Position numbers and translations under genes: made by a program
Part shown: positions 1 through 11,699 of the stretch, piece by piece
Position numbering within the stretch: position 1 is the first letter of the stretch
How the letters are laid out: the number at the start of each line of letters is the position of its first letter
From: an uncultured Chloroflexia bacterium
GTDB lineage: Bacteria > Chloroflexota > Anaerolineae > B4-G1 > SLSP01
Assembly (NCBI GenBank): GCA_963751345.1
Contig: CAVVUS010000014.1
Span: forward strand, 1-64,000
Reading direction: 5' to 3'
DNA: 64,000 nucleotides
The notes under the pieces: model-generated
Databases searched by the model: none
Seen by the model: the letters and a program-made list of their open reading frames with translations, nothing else
What the model was told of the DNA's origin: nothing

Positions 1-8
1 GCCACCCA

Positions 9-38
9 TTGACACGACGCTCTCACAGGTCGTATAAT
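9..38 (+). promoter_or_regulatory. sigma70-type promoter for the large secreted protein
   Basis: TTGACA (9-14), 18-nt spacer, TATAAT (33-38); about 160 nt upstream of AAGGAG RBS and ATG 198. Confidence 0.6.
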
Positions 39-197
39 GAAGGTGAGCGGAGCGCCGCGTTCAAGCCGGACCTTCCTGGTCATTTCCAAGCCGCCAAGTG
101 GGTGCCATCGGCGAACCTTCTCACAGTCTCTGCCTTCCTCGTATCCGGCTTACCAGTGGTTGTGTGTTGTGTCACACCATGTGAAAGGAGGCTCCCC

Positions 198-3100
198 ATG
201 TGGAAACCTCGTGTGCTTTCCTCGCTGCTGTTGGTCTCGGTTGTGACAATTGCGCTGGTTGCCGTCGTTTTGGTCGCCGCCCAGGGCAGTGTGGCGAGTG
301 GCCCGGCTTCGCCGTCGGCCCAGGCGGGCGACCCGGCCTGGCAGACGTGGGTCAATGGCGCCGCCTGGACGCAGGGCATGCAGATCACGGCGGAGACCTC
401 AGACACGATCGAGGTCGTGAACGTGGTCACAACGCTGCCCAGCCAAGGGATCGAACTGGTCGAGACGTGGACGCCCGGCGAGCTCAAGCTCCTCGACGTA
501 CAGATCGAGCCGGGCGGATCCGCCCACCAGGTGGAGATCGGGAAGGTGACCTGGCAGGTGCCGGAGGGCGCGACCCAGGTCTACACCATGACCAAGTGGT
601 TCCACGTCGAGCCGTGCACGTGGACCTTGACGGCGCTGAACGAGACCCTGTCCATCCCCGGGCAGCCCGATGGCGGAACGGCGGGTGACCGTCAGCAAGA
701 CGCCGCCTGACCTGTGGATCGAGAGCGACTATGAGCCAACGGTGCGGCCTGGCGATGTGGTGACGCTGACTTTGCGCTATGGCAACGCGGGCGGATACGA
801 GAACGGAGTCTGGATCCGGGCCAATTTCCCGTCCCAGTCACCCTTTGCGTGGTCTGATCCTCCTCCGGATGTCATCGGGCCCCTGATGGCCCGCTGGAAC
901 GTGGGAGACCTGGCCGAGGGCAACGCCGGCGAGATCCTGGTCGCTATTGCCGTGACCGATACCATGCCCCCGCCGCCCACCCTGACAGTGTGGTCCGGGA
1001 TCTTTGACCACGTCAACGTCCAGCGGGACCAGGTCTCTTCGGTCTTCACCGTCGAGACGCCGGTCCAGGAAGTCGCGTGGGAGAAGGTCGTGAATGGGCA
1101 GCCTTGGGACCCCAACATGGTGATCACGGCTCAGACCGGCGATACGATCACGGTGCAAGACGTGGTGCTCAGCGCCGACCCGTTTACCCTCACCGAGACC
1201 TGGGATCCGGCGCACCTATCGCTGATCGGTCAACAGATCTCGGATGGCATCGTCGTCGCGGCCGACGACCGGACCGAATGGACCGTGCCGGGCGGCGCCG
1301 GCGAAGTCACGATGTTAAAGAGCTTCCACGTCGAGCCCGGTCTCTGGGACTGGACGGTCTTGAAAGAGGTCGTGGAGGCCAACGGCGAGCGCCGCGTGCG
1401 CCTCGTGCCGATCCGCCAGCGCCCGGTCACCTTCCCCGAGGGCGAGTGGCCCTGGTACGCGCAGGATGAGATCACGGTGCACCCCGAGCCGCCCGTGGCG
1501 GGCCAACCGACCCGGCTGTGTGCGGAGGTGGTGAACCGCGATCCCGCCAACGCGCACCCCGCGCTGATCGAGTTCGCCGTGGCCAACTTCGGCATCGGCC
1601 TGCCCTTCGCGCCGGTTGGGCAGGCGGAGGCGTGGGTGCCGCCGGGCGGTCGCGCCGTCGGGTGCACCGTCTGGGTGCCGCCGAGCGATGATCATTGGTG
1701 CATCGAGGTACGGCTGATCGAGGAGGGCGAGCCGTATGCGATCAGCCAGCGCAACGTCGACGTGGATGAGCCGCTCGCCCCGAACACGCTGCACGAACGG
1801 ACCTTCCCGGTGGGCAATCCCTTCGATCATCCGGTGACGATCACGCTGGGGCTGATCCCGCATATGCCCGGCTGGGGGCTGGAGCTGTCACAGGACGTGC
1901 TGCCGAACATGCAACCCGGCGAGGTGCGCGAGGTGACGTTGAGCGTGACGCCACCGGCCGATCTGCCGGAGGATGGTGCACCGGTGGTGGACGTACAGGC
2001 CTGGGTGGGGGGCGAGATGATTGGCGGGTTCCGCAAGATCTTCCGCCCGCCCGTGATCCTGCACCCCTTCCCCGACCCCCCGTACGCCGAACGCGAGATC
2101 ACGGTGACGCCCTATCCACCACGCGCCGGGGAACCGACCGAGATCTGCGTCGAGCTGCGGAATCCCACGTCCTCCCCGCAGGACGTGACCGTGCGGTTCT
2201 CGTGGGCGGCTTTCGGCATCGGCCTCCCCTTCACGCCCATCGACGGGCTGCGACCGGTCTACCTGCCGCCGCACAGCGTCGTGAGGGAGTGCATCCACTG
2301 GATTCCGCCGGTGGGTGGCCACGTCTGTCTACAAGTGGAGCTGCTCATGGACGGCTATCTGCCGCAGCGCAGCCAACGCAATCTCGACGTGGACGAGCCG
2401 CTGCGGCCCCATGTGCCCCACGCACTCACCTTCCCTGTGGGTAACCCCTTCGATCATCCGGTGACGATCACGCTGGGGCTGATCCCGCATTTCCCGGACT
2501 GGGGGCTGGAGCTCTCGCAGGACGTGCTGCCCGCCATGGGTCCCGGGGAGATCCGGGAAGTGACCCTGACCGTCACGCCGCCCGCGGATCTCCCGGCGGA
2601 TGGTGACCCGATCGTCGACGTCGAAGCCTACGTCGGGGGTGACGCGGGCTCCCCGCGACTCATCGGCGGCTTCCGCAAGATCTTCCGCCCGCCGATCCCG
2701 ATCCACCGTCCCAAGGACCCGGTCTATGCCGAGTCCGAGATCGGCGTGGATCCCTATCCCGCTATCGCCGGGCAGCCGACGGTGCTCAGCGTCGAGGTCT
2801 ACAACCCCACGGACCAGGATCGCTATGTCACCGCCACCTTCAGCATCGCAGACTTCGGCATCGGGCTGCCCTTTAGCACGGCCGACATCGCACCCAACCC
2901 GATCCGCATCTTCGTGCCGATGCACGGCGCGGCGCGCGGACACGTCATCTGGACACCACCCAACTGGGGAGGTAAGTTCTGCGTGCAGTGACCCTGGAGA
3001 TGGAGGGCTACGCGCCGATCTGGAGCCAGCGCAATATCGACGTGGGCGAGCCGCTGAAACCTGGGGTGCCGCACGGGATGGCGCTTCCTCGTGGGCAACC

Positions 3101-4075
3101 CCTTCGCGGAACCTGTAACCGTGACGCTGGGGCTGATCCCACACATGGCCGGCTGGGGGCTGGAACTGTCGCAGGACGTGGTGCCGGCGCTGCAGCCGGG
3201 CGAGACCGCCGTGGTGACGCTGACCGTCACGCCGCCGAATGACGCCGAACTCGGCACCGGCGACCCGATCGTCGACGTCGAGGGCTTCGTCGGCGGGGAG
3301 CTGATCGGGGGCTTCCGCAAGCTCGACCGCCCGCCGGTCCCGCTGCACAAGCCGCACGAGAAGGGATACGCCGAGTCGGAGATCCTCGTCGAGCCCTATC
3401 CGCCGCGACAGGGCGTGCTCAACCCAGGTCAGCGCCGTCGTGCAGAACACCAGCGACGTGCCGGTGACGGTGGATCTGGCGTTCGGCTGGGCGGATTTCG
3501 GCGTCGGGATTCCCTTCACCACCACCGGGATGGTGCCTGCCACACGCTCAGTGACGGTGGGACCGATGCTGACGGAGACCGCGACCGTGACGTGGACGCC
3601 GGTGCAGTCCGGGCACCAGTGCCTCCAGGTGCGGCTCACTTCCGAGGGCTATCTACCCCAGCAGAGCCAGCGCAATGTGGACGTGACCGAACGCCCGCCG
3701 TGCGGAGTGACGAAGGTCTTCACTTTTACGGTCCGCAACGACTCACCGCTCGCCGTGACGGTGGACGTGGGGATGATCACGTTCAACGTGCCCGCGGACT
3801 GGCAGATCACGGTCTCGCCCAGCCCGACGCTGGCGCTGGGGCCGGGTGAAGAGGGCGTGATCACGGTGACGGTGCAGATCCCGTGCCCACCGACGACCCA
3901 GGCGGTTCAGGCGCAGGGGTCGATTGAGGCGATCCAGCAGGCTGCGGCGAGCATCCCCACAATCGACGTCGAGGCATACGTGGCGGGGGAGCTGAAGGGC
4001 GGGATCGAGATTCAGTTCGGCGAGCCCACGGGACCGCGTCTGATCTACCTGCCGCTGGTGCTGCGCGGGCCGTAG
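198..4075 (+). CDS. Large secreted/surface modular protein (signal peptide, two copies of an N-terminal module around a DUF11-like domain, four ~209-aa Ig/CARDB-like repeats, C-terminal IYLPLVLR); frameshifted near 665, 2985, 3085 and 3420
   Basis: AAGGAG RBS then MWKPRVLSSLLLVSVV signal peptide; ORF pieces 198-710, 670-2991, 2988-3242, 3091-3849 and 3440-4075 continue the same repeated motifs (FGIGLPF, SQRNxDV, LGLIPH, IGGFRK). Confidence 0.75.
1440..4020 (+). repeat. Intragenic tandem domain repeat, about 627-bp period, four copies
   Basis: CCCTTCGATCATCCGGTGACGATCACGCTGGGGCTGATCCCGCAT identical at ~1819 and ~2446; a diverged copy near 3100; fourth unit recognisable only by protein motifs. 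Confidence 0.85.
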
Positions 4076-4153
4076 GCGGTGCGCCCAGCGACCGAGCTGG
4101 ATGAAGAAAATGGGTTCGTTTCGTAATTGAGGGGGGAGAAGTAACAATGAGAT

Positions 4154-4198
4154 CCTCTTCCGGGTTGCTACCCCTTGTCCCCGGCAACCCGGAAGAGG
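4154..4198. terminator. 15-bp perfect inverted repeat, probable terminator or repeat element
   Basis: CCTCTTCCGGGTTGC (4154-4168) and GCAACCCGGAAGAGG (4184-4198); no clear U-tract. Confidence 0.5.
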
Positions 4199-4385
4199 CG
4201 GAGGGCCTCGTGGTGCTGCTTTGGGCTATGACGCCGATTCCCTATTCCCTGATCTTCGGTATCCTACCGATAGTCTGATCTATCAGAGTTTCTGCACGGT
4301 TGTCTGTCTCCCGATAGGGACGGCGACCGTCGTTTTTCTCCAGAGAGCACAAGACGATACCACCATCTGAGAGGAGAAAAGCACT

Positions 4386-5761
4386 ATGACGATCAAGGTC
4401 GCGATCATTGGTGCGGGGAGCCAGTCATTTGGGCCGGGGACGGTGCGCGATATGTTGTTGAGCGAGCCGCTGGCTGAGGCCGGGGTCGAGCTGGCGTTGA
4501 TGGACATCGTCGCCGACCACTTACCGGGGATCGAGGCGTATGCCCACCAGGTGGCAGAGCGGCTGGGACGGCAGGTGACGGTCTCGGCAGGGACGAATCT
4601 GGACGCGGCGCTGCGAGGGGCGGATTTCGTCGTCTCGGCGATCGAGGTGGAGCGCTATCTCTACTGGGCCCAGGACTTCCACGTTCCGCGCCGCTACGGC
4701 TTCATGCAAATCTACGGGGAGAACGGCGGACCGGGTGGCCTGTTTCACGCGCTGCGCAATATGGGCCCGACGATCGAGATCGCGCGGCGGATGGAGGCGC
4801 TCTGTCCCGACGCAGTCCTGCTCAACTTCACCAATCCCGAGAGCAAGCTGTGCCAGGCGCTCAACACGCTCACGGGCGTGCGCGCCTACGGCCTGTGCCA
4901 TGGGGTGGCGATGGGCCAGGACCAGATCTGCGCCTTCCTGAAGCGGCCGATCGCCGAGGTGGAAACCGCGGCCTGCGGAATGAACCATATCACCTGGTTC
5001 CAGACGATCCGCGATCGGGCGACGGGAGAGGATCTGTACCCGCTGCTGCGCGCGAGGGAGCGCGAGGCGGCGCCACTGGCGCAGTGGGACGAGCTGGCGC
5101 TGAGCCGGGTCTGCCTGCGCACTTTCGGCCTGTGGCCCTCGCCCGGGGCCAACCACATCGGGGAGTACCTCCGCTGGGCAGGTGAGTTCCTGGCCAGCAG
5201 CGTGCTCCAGTACTACTACGATCCCGCCGACGGCGAGCCGTGGGTGACCAGGAGATGTCCCGGAGTTTGTCTACTCCCTGCGCGACAACCCGACCGCGGT
5301 CCCGTTGTTCCCGGAGGCGGAAGGCGCGCCAGGCTAGTGGACCGGCCCCCGAACACCCACTCGACCCACAAGAGCTGGAACCGAGCGGCGAGGTGGCGGT
5401 GCCGATCATGGAGGCGCTCGCGTGCGGGATCAGACACGAGATCGGCGCGGTGATCGTCCCCAACCAGGGGCTGATCCCCGGCCTCGACGACGACGTGGCC
5501 GTGGAGGTGCCGGCGGTGGCAGATGGCAGCGGCGTGCATCCCCGGCAGATGGCGCGGCTGCCCGAGCCGGTCACGGCGATCCTGCGGACCCAGGGCAGCA
5601 TCCAGAAGCTGCTCGTCGACGCCTTTGCGGAGGGGTCGCGCCGCATCCTGCTTCAGGCACTGCTCCTGGACCCGACGGCGGCCTCCTATCACAACGCGGT
5701 GGCGTTGATCAACGAGATGTGCGAGCTGCAGGAGGGGTTGCTGCCGCCGATGAAGTGGTAG
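4386..5761 (+). CDS. Family 4 glycoside hydrolase (NAD-dependent alpha-galactosidase/glucosidase), frameshifted ~5250-5330
   Basis: KVAIIGAGS Rossmann motif, YGENGGPGG, LNFTNP, GLCHG, GMNHITW; C-terminal VEVPA. Confidence 0.85.
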
Positions 5762-5954
5762 CTGGATAGCCATCAGCGATCAGCTGTCAGCAGGCTGCAG
5801 AGGGCTGATTGCTGAAAGGCACGCACTCGGGTGCGGCAGCTAGGCGCGGCGAGCTGCGCCCGATCTCGTGCGCACCAAGGTGTGAACGCCGTGACGAGCT
5901 ACGCTGACGGACTGGTGACGCGCCTGGCTTGCGCCCGCTGACGGCGGGGAAGTG

Positions 5955-6536
5955 GCGCCGGGCTTGGGCCGGAGGTAGCTATACCGCTGCTGGATGCAGC
6001 AGTACTCGGCCCAGCCGTTGGCCCGGCTGACCATACGGGCCTTCTCCAACCGCCAGGCCAGGAAGTTGCTGGCGCCAATGAAGCGCACCTTGCCGGCCCG
6101 GACCAGGCGATCGAAAGCCTCCAACGTCTCCTCCAGCGGCGTCGCGCGATCGTCCACGTGGGCGTAGTAGAGATCGATCACGTCGGTCTGGAGCCGTCGC
6201 AGGCTCTTTTCGCACTCGGTCACTATCTGTTGCTGCCTGCAGGCCGCCCTCGCACGCCGGGTAGGCGAAGCCCACCTTGCTGGCGACAAACATGCGCGAG
6301 CGGTTCGCGCGGTCCGCCATCCATTGACCCAACACGGTCTCGCTCTCACCGCCCTGGAAACCATCGATCCAGTGCGAGTAAATGTTCGCGGTGTCGAAGA
6401 AGCTGCCGCCGGCGTCCACGTAGCGGTCCATCAAGTGATAGGACAGCGTCTTGTCAACACGGTTGCCGTAGTACAGGATCCCCAAACAGAGCTTGCTGAC
6501 GTGCTCACCTGCGTTTTCAACAGCTATAGTTTTCAT
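5955..6536 (-). pseudogene. Aldo/keto reductase, frameshifted and apparently lacking its C-terminal third
   Basis: SKLCLG, FFDTANIY, SETVLG, SLRRLQTDVIDLYYAH, GKVRFIGASN, QQRYSYL; similarity ends near 5955. Confidence 0.7.
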
Positions 6537-6676
6537 GGTCCTTAGGACCCCACGACGTCGTGTGCAAAGGCTCGGGCCTTCTCCAGATCTTCGGCATCCA
6601 GGTGCCGGCACGCTTCCACGACCCTCCCCGCGTTGCCCGTCTGTGAGAAATACCCAACCAGGATCTTCAAATCAAC

Positions 6677-8442
6677 TCACGCCTTTCGCGGGGCGTTCAG
6701 CGTCATGCCCGGACCCTTGATCACGATGCCGGTGATCGCGTCGCCGTCGCGTGTGAAGTCGAGACGGTTGCGATCCACCCGGAAGCCGACGACGTCATCG
6801 GTCAGCTTGTAGGGCTTGATCTCCGCGGGGGGATTGCCGGTCTGCGCGATGTAGATCTTGCCATCGTGCGCGGTCACGGCAAAGGCGATGCCCTCGATGG
6901 CCGTGGTGTAGTCGCCCACGAGCGCAGAGATGACCGCGTCCGACAGTTCAGGCGGTTTGCGGGTAAAGGTGACGTTGTCGACTGCAGGCTCGATGGGGAT
7001 CGAGATGGCGTCAATGTCGCCGTTGTCATTGGTCAGGAAGCGCATCTTTATCCGTTGGTCGAAGCTGGTCAGCTCCCACTCAAAGACGTCGTAGTGGTAG
7101 TGGCGAAAGGGACTCCAGTCGAGGCTGCCCACCAGGCTGGCCTGCAAGCCCGCGCCGCGACGCTCGCCAGCTCATTGCCACGTCATTGCCGCACCGCAAA
7201 GTCGGGGTAGCCCTCGGCACCATACGTCCCTATGTAGGCATCCAGCGGATGCGTCGGCGGCGCGCCTTCAACGCGCTCCTCGGACGCGGTCTTCTTGCCG
7301 TGGGCCTCCGCGACGATGATCGGGTCGGTAATGGCGTGGTACTTGGCGTTCCAGTCCCGGTCGGACAGGTCGAGGGCGCGATCGAGGCCCTCGTAGAGGA
7401 GCACGTCGCGCAGCGGCATCCCGGCGATGTTGGTCAGCGCCACGAGGCCGACCTGCTCCTGGGGAACGAAGCCGATCATCAGGCTGTGCCCCTCGACGTT
7501 GCCGCCGTGCTGAACCAGAGTGTAGCCGCGATAGGGCTCGATGAACCAGCCCATGCCGTAGGTGGAGATGGTGGTGCCCCTCAGGGCCTCGCTCACCCCA
7601 CCACCGGGGATGATCGTCTGTGGCAAGTGCATCTGGTGGAGGTTGTCAGGAGAGACGAACCGGGTATCGCCCAGCCGGCCATCGTTCACGTGAACTTTGA
7701 GCCAGCGGGTCAGGTCCGAAAGGGTGGAGAAGAGCGCCCCGGCGGACCCCGGCGAGAGCTCCGTATGGGCTCCAAAGGGCATAAGGATAAGGCCCTTGGC
7801 ACCACCCTCCTCGTCGCGATCGACGCGGTAGCCCTTGGCGTTGACCTGGCCCTCACGGGGCGGCTCGGGCGCGAGGTTGGTCGCGTCCATGCCCAGGGGC
7901 GAGAAGACGTGCTCCTGCATGAAGTCCTCCCAACGCTGCCCGGCGACCTGCTCGACCAGGTAGGCGGTGGCGTAGTACATCAGGTTGTTGTACTGGAACT
8001 TCTCACGGAACGAGGTGCTGAACTTGAGGTGGCGCATGCGCTTGACGAAGTCGGCGCGCGGCAGGTCCAGCCGCCACGCCGCGAGGTCGTGGCGGGGCAA
8101 CCCGGTGCGATGGCTCAGCATATCGCGCACAGTGATATGCTCGGTGGCGTAAGAATCGTCAAGGATGAACTCCGGGATGTATTCCCTCACGGGCTTGTCC
8201 CATTCCAGCTTCCCCTGGTCGACCAGCAGGGCCACGCTCATCGCCGTGAACGACTTGGTGACGGAGGCCATCGCGAAGCGCGTGTCCTCGGTCATCGGGA
8301 GCTGGGCCTCCACGTCGCGCAAGCCGTAGGCGCCCCGGAAGAGGACATCGTCGCCCTTGACGATGGAGATGGCCACGCCGGGACAGTTCCAGGACGCCAT
8401 CGCATCCTGTATGTAGGCCTCAAAACTCTCAAGACGCGTCAT
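6677..8442 (-). CDS. Serine hydrolase (beta-lactamase/AmpC-like) with DUF3471-type C-terminal domain; disrupted near 7150-7185
   Basis: FAMASVTKSF (SxxK), FQYNNLMY, HGGN, LSHRTGLP; C-terminal part in ORF 6677-7147. Confidence 0.8.
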
Positions 8443-8478
8443 GGTTACACTCTCCTTATGGTTCATGACAGTTGTTGC

Positions 8479-8963
8479 TCATTTCGGCACCAGCGCGATG
8501 TCAAGGAAACGATCGCCGAATAGGTCAAGTTTCTCCTCGTAAGGCGCGTATCCGGGGGCTTCAGCGTGAATGTGGATGTTGTCGGTATCGTGGACGATCA
8601 TAGGCAGGCTGAACTGGCCCTGTTCGTCCGTGACGGTGGCGTGAGGCCGGCCTTCCTGGATCTCGGAGAAGTACGAGGCGATGACCTCATAGCGAACCGC
8701 CGCGTCTGCGATGGGCTCACCGGTTGTGCTGTCGTAGACCTTGCCGTTGAGCACCATCTCCCAGGTACCCACCGGCGTCGGGGTGTCGGTCTGCAGCGGT
8801 GGAGCAGCGAGGGGTCGCCGTAGGTGTCGGGCGATGAAGGAGCGCCAAGGTCGGGCACAAGTATGGCACAGCAGGACGCCAGCAGTGAGGTTGCCACTGC
8901 CAGCGCCGCTAGGCGCAACCCTGTGAGGACAGCCCGCGCGGTGCTTTTCTGCAAGCTTTTCAC
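8479..8963 (-). CDS. Putative lipoprotein with carboxypeptidase-regulatory-like (transthyretin fold) domain, frameshifted
   Basis: Lipobox-like LLASC; GKVYDSTTGEPIADAAV...TDEQGQFSL...APGY. Confidence 0.55.
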
Positions 8964-9190
8964 TGTATTCCGCTCCGTCTGGTCCAAACTGCCGGCTTGC
9001 GCGCACGGACGTGCAGGAAGTAGGCGACGGCCTGAAAGTCCCGGCAGACGGCCGATATCGCCAACGTCGAGAACCGCGGCGACTTGATGGTTGAGGTTGC
9101 GTCACCAGTATAGCCTTGGAGCCGGTCGGACACAAAGCGGCGGTTTCAGCGTGCGGCGGCTTCGTCCTCCTCTCGGAAGGGCAGATGTCG

Positions 9191-9989
9191 CTAGATGTAG
9201 AGATCGCGGCGGTTGTAGATCACGTACGCCGCTGCCAGGCAGACCACGACGATGGCCGCCGAGAGCGCCACGTAAGCCCAGTCGAGGTGACCGGTGCGGA
9301 AGAGGGCGCCCGCGTCGTAGTAGCGGAAGGGCGTGAGGTACTTGAGGAAATCGAGCTTCTGCTGCATCGTGGAGAGGATGGACGCGAAGTAGGTCGCCAG
9401 GATGATGGCCACGGCGGTCGAACCGGCGCGCTTGTACTGCTTCATCGCGCAACCCAACAGCAATCCGATGGCCAGGAAGATCAGCTCGATGGCGATCATT
9501 GCCTGCATTTCGAGCGCCAGGAAGGCGTAGAAGGCCTGGTCGGGGTGGTATTGCCGCACGGCCACGACCGAGATCACCCAGGTGATCCCGCACGAAGGCG
9601 ATGCAGTTGGCCAGCGCGGCCAGCGCCTTGGCGGTGATGACCCGGCTGCGCGAGACCGGGAGGACGAGCGAGAACTCGACTGTCTTATCGCGCTCCTCCT
9701 TGGAGATGGTGTCGCTGCCCCACATGGATGCCGCGATGGCGCCCATCAGGGCGAAGTAGGTGAACATCACGCCGTAGAAGCCGCTCACCGTGGTCAGATT
9801 GAAGGCACGGAGGTTCATGGCGTCGATCAGGGGCTGGGGCAGGGCATCGAGCATCGCCAGCGTCGCAGGGATCGCCGGCAAAGGCGGCGATACTTGGCCA
9901 TCGCCGATGAGGACGAAAAGCGCGATGATGACGCTCCAGATCACCAGCGATTTGAAGTTGGCCTTGAGCTCACGAAAGAAGATGTTCAT
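9191..9989 (-). CDS. ABC-2 type transporter permease (frameshifted)
   Basis: MNIFFRELKANFKSL, ISKEERDKTVEFSLVLPVSRSRVITAK, YLTPFRYY, YNRRDL. Confidence 0.8.
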
Positions 9990-9998
9990 CGCGCCTCC

Positions 9999-10811
9999 TC
10001 AGGACACCGCGGGATGTCGCGGCGGATGTAGCGCCAGTAGCTGACCGCCAACGATACCAGGGTGATCGCGACATTGAGCAGCACCAGTGGCGTGTCGTAG
10101 GCACCCTGCCGGACGATGTAGGCCGGATCGAAGTGCTTGAAGGGCGTGATGAACTCCAGCTTGACGTCGCCAAAGAGCCCACTGAAGGTCGCCAGGATGT
10201 AGGTCCCGAAGGCGAGGCCGAGCGAGTAGGGCGTCACGTTGCGCACGCGCCTGACCAGCAGGGAGATCACCAGGCCAACGGACAGGAAGAAGAGCTGGAA
10301 GATTGGGACGCTGAGACAGCAGGAGGCGCAGCGTCGCGGGATCGTAGCTGCGACCGCCGCGGAAGAGGGCGATGGCAGACGAGCGTGCTGACCCAGAGGA
10401 CCAGAGCCGTGACGAGCAGGCTGGTGAGGGCCGCCAGTAGCTTGCCGGTGAGGATCTGCGCGCGACTCACCGGCTTGCTCAGCAGGAAGTCCGCCGTCAG
10501 CTCGCTCTCCTCGATCGAGACCAGGCCGAAGCCGTAGTTGCCGGCCTGGATCGCCAGGCAGAGCTGGACGAAGAGAAAGACGAAGCCGTAGAAGCCCAGC
10601 ACGGTGGCCATATCCAGCGCGTCCAGGTCGAAGGCGGCCCGCAGCTCCGGGGGGAATTGCGACCACAGGTCGTTGATCAGCGCGGCCTGGTCGGCGAAGG
10701 TGGGGAAGATGGAAAAGAAGAGGCACCACGATCGCTGCCACAGAGAGCGACCAGGTGAGCGTGGATCTTGAGCCGGGCGCGGAACTCATGTCTGTAAATG
10801 TTAGCGTTCAT
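9999..10811 (-). CDS. ABC-2 type transporter permease (frameshifted; 3' end approximate)
   Basis: MNANIYRHEF, SIEESELTADFLLSKPVSRAQILTGKL, ITPFKHFD, YIRRDI. Confidence 0.75.
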
Positions 10812-10825
10812 CTCTGGGCTCACGC

Positions 10826-11699
10826 CTACTCGTAGTAGTGCATGAAGATTTCTTCCAGCGACGGCTCCTCGATGGTCACGTCGGCCACCCGGATCTCGCC
10901 GAGCTTGTGCAGCACCGCGTTGATGTCGCCCTTGAAGAAGAAACGCAGATTGCCGTTCTCCTGCTGCACGTTGGTGACCCCGGGCAGATCGAAGGCTAGC
11001 AGGGTCGAGCCCCTCGGCCGTGATGGCCACTTTCTTGTAGTTGTTCTGCTGGAGGGTACGGATGTCGGAGATCTCCACGATGCGGCCCTCGCGGATGATG
11101 CCCACGCGGGTGCAGAGGCGCTGGACTTCGCCCAGGATGTGCGAGGAGAAGAAGATGGTCACGCCACGGGCGTTCTCCTCGCGGATCAGGTCGAAGAACC
11201 GGCGCTGCATGAGCGGATCGAGGCCGCTGGTCGGTTCATCCAGGAAAAGCAGCTTGGGGCTGTGCAGCAGGCCCTGGACGATGCCGACTTTCTTCTTGTT
11301 CCCGTAGGACAGGTCACTGATGCGGCGGTTCATCTCCAGCTCCATGGCCTCGGAGAGCTCGCGGATGCGCTGGGTGCAGTCGTGGTCGTAGAAGCTGGCG
11401 GAATACTTGAGCAGGTCGATGACCTTCATGCCCTCGTAGTAGTAGACCTCCGAGGGCAGGTAGCCGATATCGCGGCGGATTTTGGGACCCTGGGTGGTCA
11501 CGTCCATGCCGAAGACGCGGGCGCTGCCGCTGGTCGGGTGGATCAGCGACAGAAGCAGGCGGATGGTGGTGGATTTGCCGGCGCCGTTGGGGCCGATAAA
11601 GCCGAAGATCTCGCCCTCCTTCACGTCGAAGGAGACGTCCACGATGCCGCGTGCTTTGCCGTAGTATTTGGTCAGGTTGGCAACTTCGATAACACTCAC
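10826..11699 (-). CDS. ABC transporter ATP-binding protein (frameshift ~11000)
   Basis: GPNGAGKST, LSYGNKKK, LFLDEPTSGLDP, SSH; C-terminus EEPSLEEIFMHYYE. Confidence 0.9.

Noticed and set aside
1440-4020. Long direct repeats as CRISPR or DGR template/variable repeats
   Set aside because: The period is about 627 bp and in frame within one CDS; differences are mostly synonymous, not adenine-specific; no cas or reverse transcriptase gene
7150-7190. In-frame TGA in the serine hydrolase as selenocysteine/readthrough
   Set aside because: The downstream domain is in a different frame and the site has a GGCAATGA duplication, consistent with a consensus error or small insertion
8965-9115. Possible riboswitch in the GC-rich leader of the small lipoprotein
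   Set aside because: No recognisable aptamer consensus or terminator
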